Assembly (NCBI GenBank): GCA_963838955.1
Contig: CAWISZ010000004.1
Coordinates: 401,979 to 465,978, forward strand
DNA length: 64,000 nt
Reading direction: 5' to 3'
Source: an uncultured Thermoplasmata archaeon
GTDB lineage: Archaea > Thermoplasmatota > Thermoplasmata > Lutacidiplasmatales > UBA184
Under the pieces are notes generated by a model. That model worked only from the letters and a program-made list of their open reading frames with translations. It searched no databases and was not told where the DNA came from. Below, in pieces: positions 20,452 through 29,964 of this stretch (position 1 is the stretch's first letter; each line of letters begins with the position of its first letter). The position numbers and the translations under genes are program-made.

Positions 20452-21038
20452 CAGGGCACCTTCTTTAGACCGGCGTGGTAGCCGATCCAGTTGAACAGCG
20501 CGTGCAGCCCCAGCGTCAGTATGACGAGCCATATGACCGCTTCCCAGTTCCCAAACACGGCCCAGAAGAGCCCCGTGTTGAACGCGAATCCGAGGCCGAT
20601 CGGGACGAGCACGAACGGGAACTGATCGAGAAAGAGCGTGCGAGCGCCGCTCGGGCGGTCCATGCGCCGCTTGATGAACGATCCAATCGCATCGCCCGTC
20701 ATGGCGCCGTAGGCAATCATGACCGCGAGCGGGATCGCGGCGAGGACACTGGGGGCCAGCACGGGCACGACGGCCCAGTTCGGAGGAGCGAGCAAGATCA
20801 GCCACGCCTCGAGCACTCCGACCGCGCTGCCGACCGCGCCGCCGACCAGGAATCCCGACCAAGTCTTCGACGGTCCGAACAGGCGTCGACCGTCCCGCGG
20901 CCAGACGCGGCCGAAATCCATGGGGGGCCCGGCTCCCCGCGGCAGCGTCGCGGTCGCATTCGCCACGAACGCCGGGAGAAGCACCCATACGACCGCTCCC
21001 CCGGCTCCGAGGAAGTCGTTGAGGAAGTTGGAGTCCAC
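20448..21038 (-). CDS. carS: CDP-archaeol synthase (CarS, DUF46 family)
   Basis: Five-TM protein with KTWSGF motif and N-terminal LLPAFVANA. Start assigned to an in-frame GTG; the upstream Arg-rich extension is rejected. Confidence 0.65.
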   Translation of the reverse strand: MDSNFLNDFLGAGGAVVWVLLPAFVANATATLPRGAGPPMDFGRVWPRDGRRLFGPSKTWSGFLVGGAVGSAVGVLEAWLILLAPPNWAVVPVLAPSVLAAIPLAVMIAYGAMTGDAIGSFIKRRMDRPSGARTLFLDQFPFVLVPIGLGFAFNTGLFWAVFGNWEAVIWLVILTLGLHALFNWIGYHAGLKKVPW

Positions 21039-21051
21039 GGTTCCCGCCTCG

Positions 21052-22680
21052 CTAGCGGGCCCGCAGGTAGCGGTAGAGCACTTCGCTGATCGCGCCGATG
21101 AGGCGGGGCTCCGCGCTCTCCTCGGCCTCGTGGATGTGGGCCTCGCGATCCATGCTGCCGAAGACGAGCGCCGGGATCGGTTCGCCCGCGCCCGTCTTGA
21201 GGTCCCGGAACGCACTCGCGTCCGTGCCCCCGTACTCCCCGAAGATCCCCTCGACCCCCAGAACTTCGTGAAGCAGCCGCTCGAGGCGGACGGCGGCCGG
21301 ATGGGTCGGCGGAAGCGAATAGCCCGGTCGGCAGCGGCTAGGTGGCGCGACGATCTGGGCCGAGGGGGCATGGCGCGCGGTCCACCCGCGGATCTCTCCG
21401 AGCGCCGCGGTCAAGCCATCGGTCAGATCCATCTCCGGAGGAAGCCGAAGGTCGACGGTGAACGACGCGGGAGCGGAAGTGGACAGGTCGACGAGCTCCT
21501 GCTTTCCGGCCCTGTCGAGCAGATGGAGCGTCGCCGGAACCGGATTGCGGGCGCGATGCGGATAGCCCCCGTGGCCGCTCTCACCGATGAGCGCGAGGCC
21601 GAGCGTCCCGTCTGGTATCGGTACGGAACTGGCCCCGACGGGCTCGAGGCGGAAGCCGGGAGGAAGCAGCGGGGAGAGCGCGGCGGCGAGCTCGGCGCGC
21701 TTCGGTGCGGGGCCATCGAAGATGAGGGTCACCGACTGGGGAATCTGGTTCGCCGCGTCGCTCTCGGCATGCACCTGGACGAGCGAGACACGATTTCCGT
21801 CACGGGCGGCGGGTCCGAAGTCGATCCGGGTGACGGTGGCGCGACCCGTGATGATCGGTTCGGGGGCCTGGTGGTCCGGCCAGTCGGGCGACGCGAGCGT
21901 GGAGCGCCACTCCCGCGCGAGGGCGTGCAGGCCGACCAGGGCTTCGCCGTAGGAGAGCGTCTCGCCCAGCGGCCTCGGTCGGTCGAACGTCGCGTCGAGG
22001 AAGGCCACCCCGGAGGACCCCGCCGTCGCGTGCGGGCTCCCATCCGGGATCAGCACCACATCCGCCGAAAGGATCCGCTCCTCGCTTCCGGCCGGGAGGT
22101 GCTCGTCGTGCTCCTTGATCGCCTCGATGCCGCCCTCGCCTCCGGTCTCTTCGTCGCAGCAGGCGAGCAAGCGAACGTTGGTCGGGAGGTCCGGCTGATC
22201 CACGAGGCGCTTCATCGCCAGCAGCGAGGCCAGGACGCCGCTGCCGAGATCGTCGTTCGAGCCGCGTCCATAGATCCGCCCGTTTCCGCGCGCGGTCAGG
22301 GTGAACGGAGGGCTCTTCCAGCGGGCGCGTTGCTCGTGCGGCACCGGGACCACGTCGTAGTGGGCGAGGATGAGCGCGGTCCGGCGCGCTCCCGCATCGA
22401 GGTCGATGATGACGTTGGGCCGTGGCTGGCCGTGGAAGTCGGTCGCGAGATCACCGGCGACGAGGGGGTCGTAGATCCGGGTGGCGAGCCCGAAGTCTCG
22501 TGCCGCCCGCGCGATGCGCTCCGACGCGCGCAGGTAGTTCGGCTTCTCCCACCGACCTCGTGCCGGGTCCTCCAGGTTCGTCGGTGCGATCGAGACGAGG
22601 TTGCTGAGTAGGCGGAGCCCCTCCGGGTCGCCGATCGCACGGCTCACCGACTCCGGAATCTCCCCCGCATCGTCGGCCAT
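21052..22680 (-). CDS. M20 family metallopeptidase (ArgE/DapE/CPG2-like)
   Basis: 542 aa. Has the M20 catalytic and dimerisation domain pattern and conserved metal-binding His/Asp/Glu context. Confidence 0.75.
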   Translation of the reverse strand: MADDAGEIPESVSRAIGDPEGLRLLSNLVSIAPTNLEDPARGRWEKPNYLRASERIARAARDFGLATRIYDPLVAGDLATDFHGQPRPNVIIDLDAGARRTALILAHYDVVPVPHEQRARWKSPPFTLTARGNGRIYGRGSNDDLGSGVLASLLAMKRLVDQPDLPTNVRLLACCDEETGGEGGIEAIKEHDEHLPAGSEERILSADVVLIPDGSPHATAGSSGVAFLDATFDRPRPLGETLSYGEALVGLHALAREWRSTLASPDWPDHQAPEPIITGRATVTRIDFGPAARDGNRVSLVQVHAESDAANQIPQSVTLIFDGPAPKRAELAAALSPLLPPGFRLEPVGASSVPIPDGTLGLALIGESGHGGYPHRARNPVPATLHLLDRAGKQELVDLSTSAPASFTVDLRLPPEMDLTDGLTAALGEIRGWTARHAPSAQIVAPPSRCRPGYSLPPTHPAAVRLERLLHEVLGVEGIFGEYGGTDASAFRDLKTGAGEPIPALVFGSMDREAHIHEAEESAEPRLIGAISEVLYRYLRAR

Positions 22681-22693
22681 GGTTCGTTCCGAT

Positions 22694-24520
22694 CTAGGGG
22701 GCCGCGATCAGCACGACCAGCGAGCTCGCAAGGAGCAGCAGAAACGTGGTCAGTAGCGCGTTCCCCAGGACCGAAACCGTGTCCCCGATGGAGGTCAAAA
22801 GCCGTGCGGTGTAGCCCGGACCGAGCGCCAGGACGTCCGGGACCTCCTTGGTTCCGCGCCGGATCTCTACCGGTCCGAGATTCCCGATCGCCTCGCGCGC
22901 CACCGCGACCGCATCGCGAGCGATGGACGCCCCCGAGTATCGCTCTCCGACGGGGTTGGTCGAGCCGTCGGATTCGTGGACCACGTGGTTGTCGGTCGTC
23001 ATGACCTCGGCGACGTCGACCACGCTCTCGAGCGCCCGGACGATCGGCTCGCGCAGGCCGGCGTTGAGGTTGTTTCCGTCGATCAATAGGTAGGCCGAGG
23101 TCGACCCCGCGGCCCGAATGACGAGCGTGCGCAGGCCTTGGGAGGCGAGCCCCTGGTGCGGAAGATCGTAGTCGGTCCGTGCGGCCACCCCGATCTCGAT
23201 CGGTCCGGCGCGCGCCGCGGCGACGGCCGCCCGCACCGCGGCCTTCGCGTCGGTGACGAGCTTTTCGGCCGTCGTGGTGCCGTACTGAACATCGCCCTGG
23301 TCCACGACGTAGGAGTTGTGCGCGTCGATGAGCGCGACCATCGGGCCTCCCTCGGCGTAGATCTCCCGGACGATCCGGTCGGCGATCGACAGCGAGATGT
23401 CGTCGGTCGGTGCCGGGGCCTGGGAGACGACGACGAGCGCGACATCCCCCAGAAGCTGGGCGCGAGCGAAGCTGCCCGGATACGGAGCGACGAGCGGGCT
23501 CGCCATGGAGGTCGACGCGGGGGCCATCTCCGTAAACAGTGCACGGCAGGCGTCGCCCACCTTCGCGACCTCGGCCTCGGAGGGAAGATCGAGGTCGTGG
23601 TCGCACGGGGTGTGCGGAACGAACGCGATACCGGCTTCGGGGCCGAGGCGTTCCGTGAGCTTCCTTGGAAGATCGCTCGCGCCGAGCGCTCCGAACGGTC
23701 CGGGGTGGACGGTCGGGAGCGCGATGGTCGCACGAGCCCGACCTCCCGCGAAGAAGCCGATGAGGCTGACGCGCAGGTTCATCGGCATGGCGCTTTTCAG
23801 AAAGAACTCCTCGAGCTTCTGGGTGGCCACGGGGTCGCGACGGTTGACGTGGTCGAGCAGCGGCCGCATCATCGCGAGGCCCGAGCTATCGAACTCCTTG
23901 CGCAGCGGGCGGTCTACCGCGCGCAGGAAGAGCAGGACGCAGACGAACGCGACGACGAGGTAGACGATGGCGGACAATGCGATCACGGCGGTCGCGGGCG
24001 GGAAGAGGATCGATGCGAGGACGAGCGCGAGGATCGGCTGAAGCAGCGATACCGGGAGCGATCGAGCCTGGTTCGGGCTCGAGAGCCCGTAGAGGCTCAT
24101 GTGTCGGAACCAAAGTGCGGGCCCCTGGACCATGAAGACCAGCGCGATGATGGGGATCCCGAGCGACGGCGCGAGGAGCTGCGCTCCTCGACCGACGAGG
24201 GCGAACGGGAGCTCGAGCGCGAGCGTCATCACGACGAGGAAGAGACTCCGCGGGAGCTCGATGCGTCCCCCGAGAGCGGCCGCAAGCGGAGTGGTGCCGA
24301 AGGCGGCGATCAACGCCGGAACTAGAAATGCGAGGGTGACCAGCTCGAGATAGGAGAGAAGCGATGCACCGGGGAGCGCGAGGATCGCCGCGAGCGCGAA
24401 CGATAGGACGAAGATGAGCCCGACCGCCGTAAGCGGGCTCGGCGCCCGGAGGAAGAGGTGGGAGGCGCTGTGGGGCTTGGTGCCCGGCGTCTCCCCCGGC
24501 GCGGGATTCTCAGCGGCCAC
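22694..24520 (-). CDS. Large polytopic membrane protein, archaeal conserved (possibly DUF2070-like), function unknown
   Basis: About 10 TM helices followed by a roughly 300-aa soluble C-terminal domain. The track ORF extends to 24850, but that part overlaps GGGPS and is Arg-rich shadow sequence. Start placed at the in-frame GTG at 24520. Confidence 0.45.
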   Translation of the reverse strand: MAAENPAPGETPGTKPHSASHLFLRAPSPLTAVGLIFVLSFALAAILALPGASLLSYLELVTLAFLVPALIAAFGTTPLAAALGGRIELPRSLFLVVMTLALELPFALVGRGAQLLAPSLGIPIIALVFMVQGPALWFRHMSLYGLSSPNQARSLPVSLLQPILALVLASILFPPATAVIALSAIVYLVVAFVCVLLFLRAVDRPLRKEFDSSGLAMMRPLLDHVNRRDPVATQKLEEFFLKSAMPMNLRVSLIGFFAGGRARATIALPTVHPGPFGALGASDLPRKLTERLGPEAGIAFVPHTPCDHDLDLPSEAEVAKVGDACRALFTEMAPASTSMASPLVAPYPGSFARAQLLGDVALVVVSQAPAPTDDISLSIADRIVREIYAEGGPMVALIDAHNSYVVDQGDVQYGTTTAEKLVTDAKAAVRAAVAAARAGPIEIGVAARTDYDLPHQGLASQGLRTLVIRAAGSTSAYLLIDGNNLNAGLREPIVRALESVVDVAEVMTTDNHVVHESDGSTNPVGERYSGASIARDAVAVAREAIGNLGPVEIRRGTKEVPDVLALGPGYTARLLTSIGDTVSVLGNALLTTFLLLLASSLVVLIAAP

Positions 24521-25277
24521 GGGCGCGCCCGACCTCCGCCAGTATCTCCCGGAACTCGCGCGAAAGACCCTCCGTTTCCGTGATCGTGCCGGTGACGAGC
24601 GCCTGGGCACCGGCATCCAAGAGGATCCGGGCCTCGGCGCCGCTCCGAATGCCGCCGCCGACGATGAGAGGCACGGAGAGGACCGATCGAACGGCGCGCA
24701 CCATCGCGGCCGGAACCGGGGCGGGCGCTCCCGAGCCGGCCTCGAGGTACACCCAGCGCATCCCAAGATACTCCGCCGCGAGGGCGTAGCCCTGAGCGCC
24801 GGCGAGATCCTCTCGGGCCACGACGTCCGCTTCTCCGACCTCTCCGACACGCATCCCGGGGGCGATGACGAGGTAGCCCATCGCGATGGGTTCGATCCCG
24901 AGAGCCTTCACTGCGAGAGCGGCCCGGGCGTGGGTGCGGATGACGAGGTCGAGGTTGCGCGAATTGAGCAGGCTCATGAAGAAGATCGCGTGCGCCGCCG
25001 GGGAGAGCGAACCGGGGCCCTCGGGGAAAATGATCGTGGGGGCCTCCACGGCGGCGCGGACCGCCCGCGCCACCGCATCCATCCGGTCCCGAGAGATCCC
25101 GGTCGATCCTCCGAGCATGATGGCATCGGAACCGAGCCCGACCGCTTCCCGGGCAACCTCCGCCGCTCGTTCCGGGCCCGAGCGATCCGGGTCGATGAGG
25201 GTCAGGTGGATCGGACCGGCCGCCACCCGCTCGGCCAGACTCCGCTCGACCGGTCCGACAGCGGGAGGAGGCGTCAC
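24510..25277 (-). CDS. Geranylgeranylglyceryl phosphate synthase (PcrB family)
   Basis: Motifs HLTLIDPD, MLGGS, IFPEGPGSLSP, VYLEAGSGA and LIVGGGIRS. GTG start overlaps the stop of the upstream UbiA gene (GTGA). 255 aa. Confidence 0.8.
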   Translation of the reverse strand: MTPPPAVGPVERSLAERVAAGPIHLTLIDPDRSGPERAAEVAREAVGLGSDAIMLGGSTGISRDRMDAVARAVRAAVEAPTIIFPEGPGSLSPAAHAIFFMSLLNSRNLDLVIRTHARAALAVKALGIEPIAMGYLVIAPGMRVGEVGEADVVAREDLAGAQGYALAAEYLGMRWVYLEAGSGAPAPVPAAMVRAVRSVLSVPLIVGGGIRSGAEARILLDAGAQALVTGTITETEGLSREFREILAEVGRARGR

Positions 25278-26122
25278 CGGAAGGCCACCGCCAGGAAGGC
25301 GCACAGGGCGACCGTCATCGCGACCTTGCTCATCGTTTGCTCCCAGTGGAGGCGCGTCGGGAGGTAGGCGACGGATACCACGAAGATCGCATCGGCCACG
25401 AGGACCAGCCCGAGGTAGATAATCCCGGCGACACTCCCGAGAGGGAGGAACCACAGGAACGGCACCGCGCTCGCGGCGATCGCAACCCCGACCGAGGCTC
25501 GGGCGACGCCTCCGGAGACGGAAAGGCCGTGGGTCTGGGGCAACGTTCGACGATCGACATCGCCGCGGACATCCTCCATGTCCTTGATCACCTCACGACT
25601 GAGCGTGGCGAAGAATGCCATCGCCGCGAACGGGACCATCACGAGCGGAGCACCGGCGGCGGCGCCCCCGTACAGGAAGACGAGCCCGGTCAGCAGGGCC
25701 ACCACGAGGTTTCCGACGAACCCGCGCGCCTTGAACCGGTACTGGTACGCCAGCAGCGCGCCGGCCGCGATCGCGAGGATCACCCCGACCGCCGGGTACG
25801 TGGGGATGATCGGGACTACGACGATCACTCCCGCCACGAAGAGTCCCGCGGTCAGCGCCCGGGCCTGGGAGAGCGAGATCGTGCCCTGGACGAGTGGACG
25901 GTCCGGGTGGTTCGTCCGATCGGTCTCGACGTCGAAGAGGTCGTTGAGGACGTTTCCCGCCGCGGTGACGCACGCGGTGGAGACCGCGGCGAGCACGACC
26001 GCGATCCAGAACGAGGAAGATACTCCCAGCCCCATTCCGGCGGCCGCCAGGCCGCCCACGAGGACGCCGACGAACGAGACGAGCAGGTTCCCTGCCCGGA
26101 CGAGCCGCAGCCAGGGGTTCAC
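25274..26122 (-). CDS. UbiA-family prenyltransferase, digeranylgeranylglyceryl phosphate synthase-like
   Basis: 282 aa, 8-9 TM. NVLNDLFDVETD aspartate-rich motif. Tandem with the GGGPS gene. Confidence 0.8.
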   Translation of the reverse strand: MNPWLRLVRAGNLLVSFVGVLVGGLAAAGMGLGVSSSFWIAVVLAAVSTACVTAAGNVLNDLFDVETDRTNHPDRPLVQGTISLSQARALTAGLFVAGVIVVVPIIPTYPAVGVILAIAAGALLAYQYRFKARGFVGNLVVALLTGLVFLYGGAAAGAPLVMVPFAAMAFFATLSREVIKDMEDVRGDVDRRTLPQTHGLSVSGGVARASVGVAIAASAVPFLWFLPLGSVAGIIYLGLVLVADAIFVVSVAYLPTRLHWEQTMSKVAMTVALCAFLAVAFR

Positions 26123-26286
26123 GCCCCGGTGGGCACCGGTGGCGGCATAATCGTATCGCTCCTTGGCGATGAGCCATCTGGGGAGCCTCTCGATCCCGCC
26201 CTCGGGAGAGGCGCCGGGGGGTCGCGTCCCCCCGGGCCCCCGGCCGTTCTGCTCGTTATAAGCGCGGGAGCGTCGAGAGCTTTCGC

Positions 26287-27603
26287 ATGCCGTCGAATCG
26301 GGTTCCGCGACCGCGCGTTCGCCGCTTCCGTCTGCGCAACGGCCTCGAGGTTCTCCTCGCCCCGAATCCTGCCAGTCCCACGGCGAGCGTATGGGTCTGG
26401 TACCGCGTGGGGTCCAAGAACGAGCATCCGGGGATCACGGGCGGCGCCCACTGGCTCGAACACATGCTCTTCCAAGGGACCCCGAAGTATGCGAAGGGGG
26501 AGATCGATCGCGCAATCCTGAACGTCGGGGGTCTGCTGAACGCATTCACCGATCTCGACTACACGGCCTACTTCTCTACCGTGCCCCGAGAGCATCTGGA
26601 CATCCCGATCGACATCGAGGCCGACCGGATGACGCGAGCCCTGCTCATGCCCAAGGAGGTGGACCGGGAACGGACCGTCGTCCTCTCAGAGAGAGAAGGG
26701 AACGAGAACTGGCCGGAGTTCCGGGTCGAGGAGGAGCTCTACGAGCTCGCCTTCCGCCGCCACCCGTACCGGTGGGACGCCCTCGGGTACCGGACCGACA
26801 TCGAGCACATGGGCGCCGGGGACCTACGCGATTACTACCGTCGATTCTACGGGACCCGCAACGCGGTGCTGGTGGTGACTGGAGGCTTCGATCCTCGAAC
26901 GGTGGAAGGCGATGTTCGCCGGCGATTCTCCCCGCTGCCCGCGGGCGGGGCCGATCCTACCGTACGGGAGATCGAACCTCCGGCCCGCGGGGAGCGACGC
27001 TCGACCCTCTCCGGGCCGGGGACGACTCCCCTCATTGCGATCGCGTACCGATCGCCCGCTATCGATGAGGCGAGCACACCCGCGACGATGCTGATCGATG
27101 TCCTCCTGGGTGGGGAGACCCGCATGTTCTCCGCCGGCAGTCGCTCCCGTTCGGGGGAACACCCCGGGTCTCGCCTCTATCGGTCCCTCGTCGACCCCGG
27201 GCTCGCCGTCCGCGCGACGAGCGAGTGGCGCGCGCGGGTCCACCCCGGACTGTTCACCGTTTACGCCCAAGCCTCGCCCGGCGTGTCCCTCGACCGCATC
27301 GAAGCGGCGATCGATGGCGCGCTCGATGGTCTCACGCGCGAGGGTCCCACGGCCGCGGAGCTCAACGAGGCGCGGACCAAGGTCCGGCGCGGCGCGGCTC
27401 TCGCCTACGAGGGAGCGACGCGGGCGGGCTACCGGCTCGGCTACTTCGCGTCGATCCGGCCGCCCGGGTTCGAGGATCGGCTCTACCGAGCGATCCTGGG
27501 GACGCCGGCGTCGAGGATCCGCGAGACCGCGCGGGGCCTCTTCTCCAAGGATCGGCGTGTGGTCGTCCGCTACGAGCCGATCGGAGGTGCGAACGATGAC
27601 TGA
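26287..27603 (+). CDS. M16 family zinc peptidase (insulinase-like), catalytic subunit
   Basis: HWLEHMLFQGT inverted zinc motif (HxxEH). 438 aa. Confidence 0.85.
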   Translation: MPSNRVPRPRVRRFRLRNGLEVLLAPNPASPTASVWVWYRVGSKNEHPGITGGAHWLEHMLFQGTPKYAKGEIDRAILNVGGLLNAFTDLDYTAYFSTVPREHLDIPIDIEADRMTRALLMPKEVDRERTVVLSEREGNENWPEFRVEEELYELAFRRHPYRWDALGYRTDIEHMGAGDLRDYYRRFYGTRNAVLVVTGGFDPRTVEGDVRRRFSPLPAGGADPTVREIEPPARGERRSTLSGPGTTPLIAIAYRSPAIDEASTPATMLIDVLLGGETRMFSAGSRSRSGEHPGSRLYRSLVDPGLAVRATSEWRARVHPGLFTVYAQASPGVSLDRIEAAIDGALDGLTREGPTAAELNEARTKVRRGAALAYEGATRAGYRLGYFASIRPPGFEDRLYRAILGTPASRIRETARGLFSKDRRVVVRYEPIGGANDD

Positions 27604-28870
27604 GCGGGCGAACCCGCTCCGGATGGAGTACGGGACGCACGACGCCGGGCTCCGGCTCCTCCGACAGTCTCCTCCAGCGGGCGCGGCCAGCGCGTCGATC
27701 ACGTACGTGGGACCCGCGGGCTACGGATTCGATCCGCCGGGCGGAGAAGGGATCGCCCGGATGGTCGCCCGCCTCGCGACCAGCGCGGCGGGGCCGTTCG
27801 GCCGGGTCGCGCTCGCGCGCGAACTCGACCGAGCCGGCGCGACCCTGACGGCCCAGATCGCTCCGGAATCGGCGGAGATCACGATCTGGGGCCCGGCGAC
27901 GGACTGGGAATCGCTCCTCGAGCTCCTCTCCCACGCCATTCTCCGCCCGCGGTTCGACGAGGAGGACATCGAGCGGGTCCAGCGCCAGCTGCGGGAGAGC
28001 CAGCTTCGGGAACTGACACAGCCGGACCACCGCGCCGAACGGGAGCTCCTCCGAACCATCTTTCCCGGGGGTCACCCGTACCGGGAGACCGGATGGGGAA
28101 GCGCCCGCTCGGTCGGGCGGATCGATCGACGCCGACTCGTCCGTTTCCATCGCGAGCATTACACCGCCGACGGAGGCATGCTGGTCGCCACGGTCCCAGC
28201 CGCGTTGAAGCGGTTGGAACGGGCGTGCGCGCAGCGCTTGGGCCACTTCGCGCGGGCGAGGGCACCGAGCCCCCTCCGGCCTCGCCCCGTACCCGGCCGT
28301 CGCGTGATCCGGGAAATCGAGATGCCCGGAAGGTCCCAGACGGAGGTCCACACTGGAGGACCATCGATCGCCCGCCGAGAGGAGCTGTTCCCGGCGGCGT
28401 TCCTCGCCAACGAGGTGCTCGGCGGACGGCCTCTCCTGTCGCGTCTGTTCCAGAAGATCCGCGAGCGGGCCGGCCTCGCCTACCATGCGTCGAGCGATCT
28501 GGAAGCGATGCGCCTCGGCGGGTACTGGACGGCGCAGGCCGGTACGAACCCGGAGAACGCGCGTCGGGTCGAGAAGCTTCTGATCGGGGAGGTCGACCGG
28601 ATGCAGGAGGAACTCGTTCGCCCGCGGGAGCTCGACCAGATCCGCGAGAGCGCCATCGGTGAAATGGCGCTGTCCTTGGAGACTACGTCGACGGCGCACG
28701 AGCTCGCCATCGACCTCGCCTACCACGATCTGCCGCCGGACTACTGGCTCCGATGGCCCTCCACCTTGCGCGCCGTGCGTCCTCCTTCCATCCGGGATGC
28801 CGCGGCCGTCGCGATCGATGGGCGGCGGGCCGCTACGGTCCTGGCGGGGCCCTTGAAGAGGGGAACCTAG
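27596..28870 (+). CDS. M16 family peptidase, second (non-catalytic-like) subunit
   Basis: Peptidase M16 fold without HxxEH. ATG overlaps the upstream stop (ATGACTGA). Confidence 0.75.
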   Translation: MTERANPLRMEYGTHDAGLRLLRQSPPAGAASASITYVGPAGYGFDPPGGEGIARMVARLATSAAGPFGRVALARELDRAGATLTAQIAPESAEITIWGPATDWESLLELLSHAILRPRFDEEDIERVQRQLRESQLRELTQPDHRAERELLRTIFPGGHPYRETGWGSARSVGRIDRRRLVRFHREHYTADGGMLVATVPAALKRLERACAQRLGHFARARAPSPLRPRPVPGRRVIREIEMPGRSQTEVHTGGPSIARREELFPAAFLANEVLGGRPLLSRLFQKIRERAGLAYHASSDLEAMRLGGYWTAQAGTNPENARRVEKLLIGEVDRMQEELVRPRELDQIRESAIGEMALSLETTSTAHELAIDLAYHDLPPDYWLRWPSTLRAVRPPSIRDAAAVAIDGRRAATVLAGPLKRGT

Positions 28871-29713
28871 AGGCTCCTCGATCCTCCGGCCCCACCTCGG
28901 CAAGCCGGCTCTCGGCTCCGGAATCCGCGAGCCGGCGGCCGACCCCAGTCCATAGAGAGCTCTCGGCGTCTTCGGCTCGTGCGAACAGAATCCCTTCGGC
29001 CTCGGCGGTGTACACGTAAGCGCTCTGAGCGATCTCACGATCGGCTACCGCGAGCGCGTGGCGGGAGAGCATGTGCCCGAACGCCCAGCGTCGCTTCAGA
29101 GCGAGATCCGTGAAGTGCGGCGCGTAGTGGCCGCCACCCACTCCCAGTGCGACGTGGTCGTCGTCCGCGGCGACGAGCTCGGAGAGCGTCCGCGCGAGCA
29201 GGCGCACCCGGTCCGGGGGCGGTTCCTCGAGCTCGGCGAGTCCGATCTCGGCAAAGAACGCGGGCAGTTCGAGCGCCGGCCCGTGGTGGGTCGCCTCGAA
29301 GGTCACGGGGACGCCGAGCGTCTTCGCTCCCTCGGCGAGCGAGCGTAACGCCGCGGTCATGAGCCGGGGGAGGTCGGGACGAGCCGGTGAGGCTCGCCGC
29401 CGACCTCGTTCGACGCGCCAACGTTGCCGAGGGGGTGGACCGTCAGCGCTGCGACGCCGCGCTCGCTCCGATGGATCGACGGGAAGACCAAAACGGGCCG
29501 GCGAGCCGCTAGTTCGGGAGGGAGGAGCCGGTCCAGATGCTCGTCGTGGATGTGCCACCCGGGCCGCCGGAGGAGATGCACCCCGGGAGCCAGGATGCGG
29601 ATCGGACTCCCCTCCACGTGCCAGTTGGTGGCCGCTGGAGTCCCCCACTGCCCCGCAACGGCCGTGGCGACCGGATCCATCTCGGATGCGATCACGATGT
29701 ACTCGGGACCCAC
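28833..29713 (-). CDS. dtdA: D-aminoacyl-tRNA deacylase, archaeal type (DtdA), with -1 frameshift at a C5/G5 homopolymer (29366-29370)
   Basis: N-terminal half (EYIVIASEMDP...ALTVHPLGNVG...GGEPHRL) is in the frame of ORF 29357..29926. C-terminal half (LMTAALRSLAEG...FEATHHGP...GVGGGHYAP) is in the frame of ORF 28833..29738. Adding one C to the run restores ...LVPTSPRLMTAAL... Confidence 0.6.
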
Positions 29714-29964
29714 GACCCTGCGGAGAGATCTCCCCCACTTACCCCCTCCGGGCGAGCGCCGACGCAGAGGGCATCGTATCGTGCATCTCGCTCGACCGCC
29801 GCAACGGTGCACGCTCGCGCCCGTGATCGGGGCCTTCGACCCTCCCCCCGATCTGGGACCTGCGGTACTTGCGCTCCGCATCCTTTCCGTCGGATCGGGC
29901 GATCGCAAGCCCGTCGGCGCCGTCAAGGGTTATTCCGACTGCCGGTCTAGATGGTGCCGAGACG

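Noticed and set aside
20719-24325. ORFs 20719..22611 (+), 22644..23606 (-), 23138..24325 (+)
   Set aside because: These are shadow ORFs antisense or out of frame to the M20 peptidase and the large membrane protein. Composition is low-complexity and Arg-rich.
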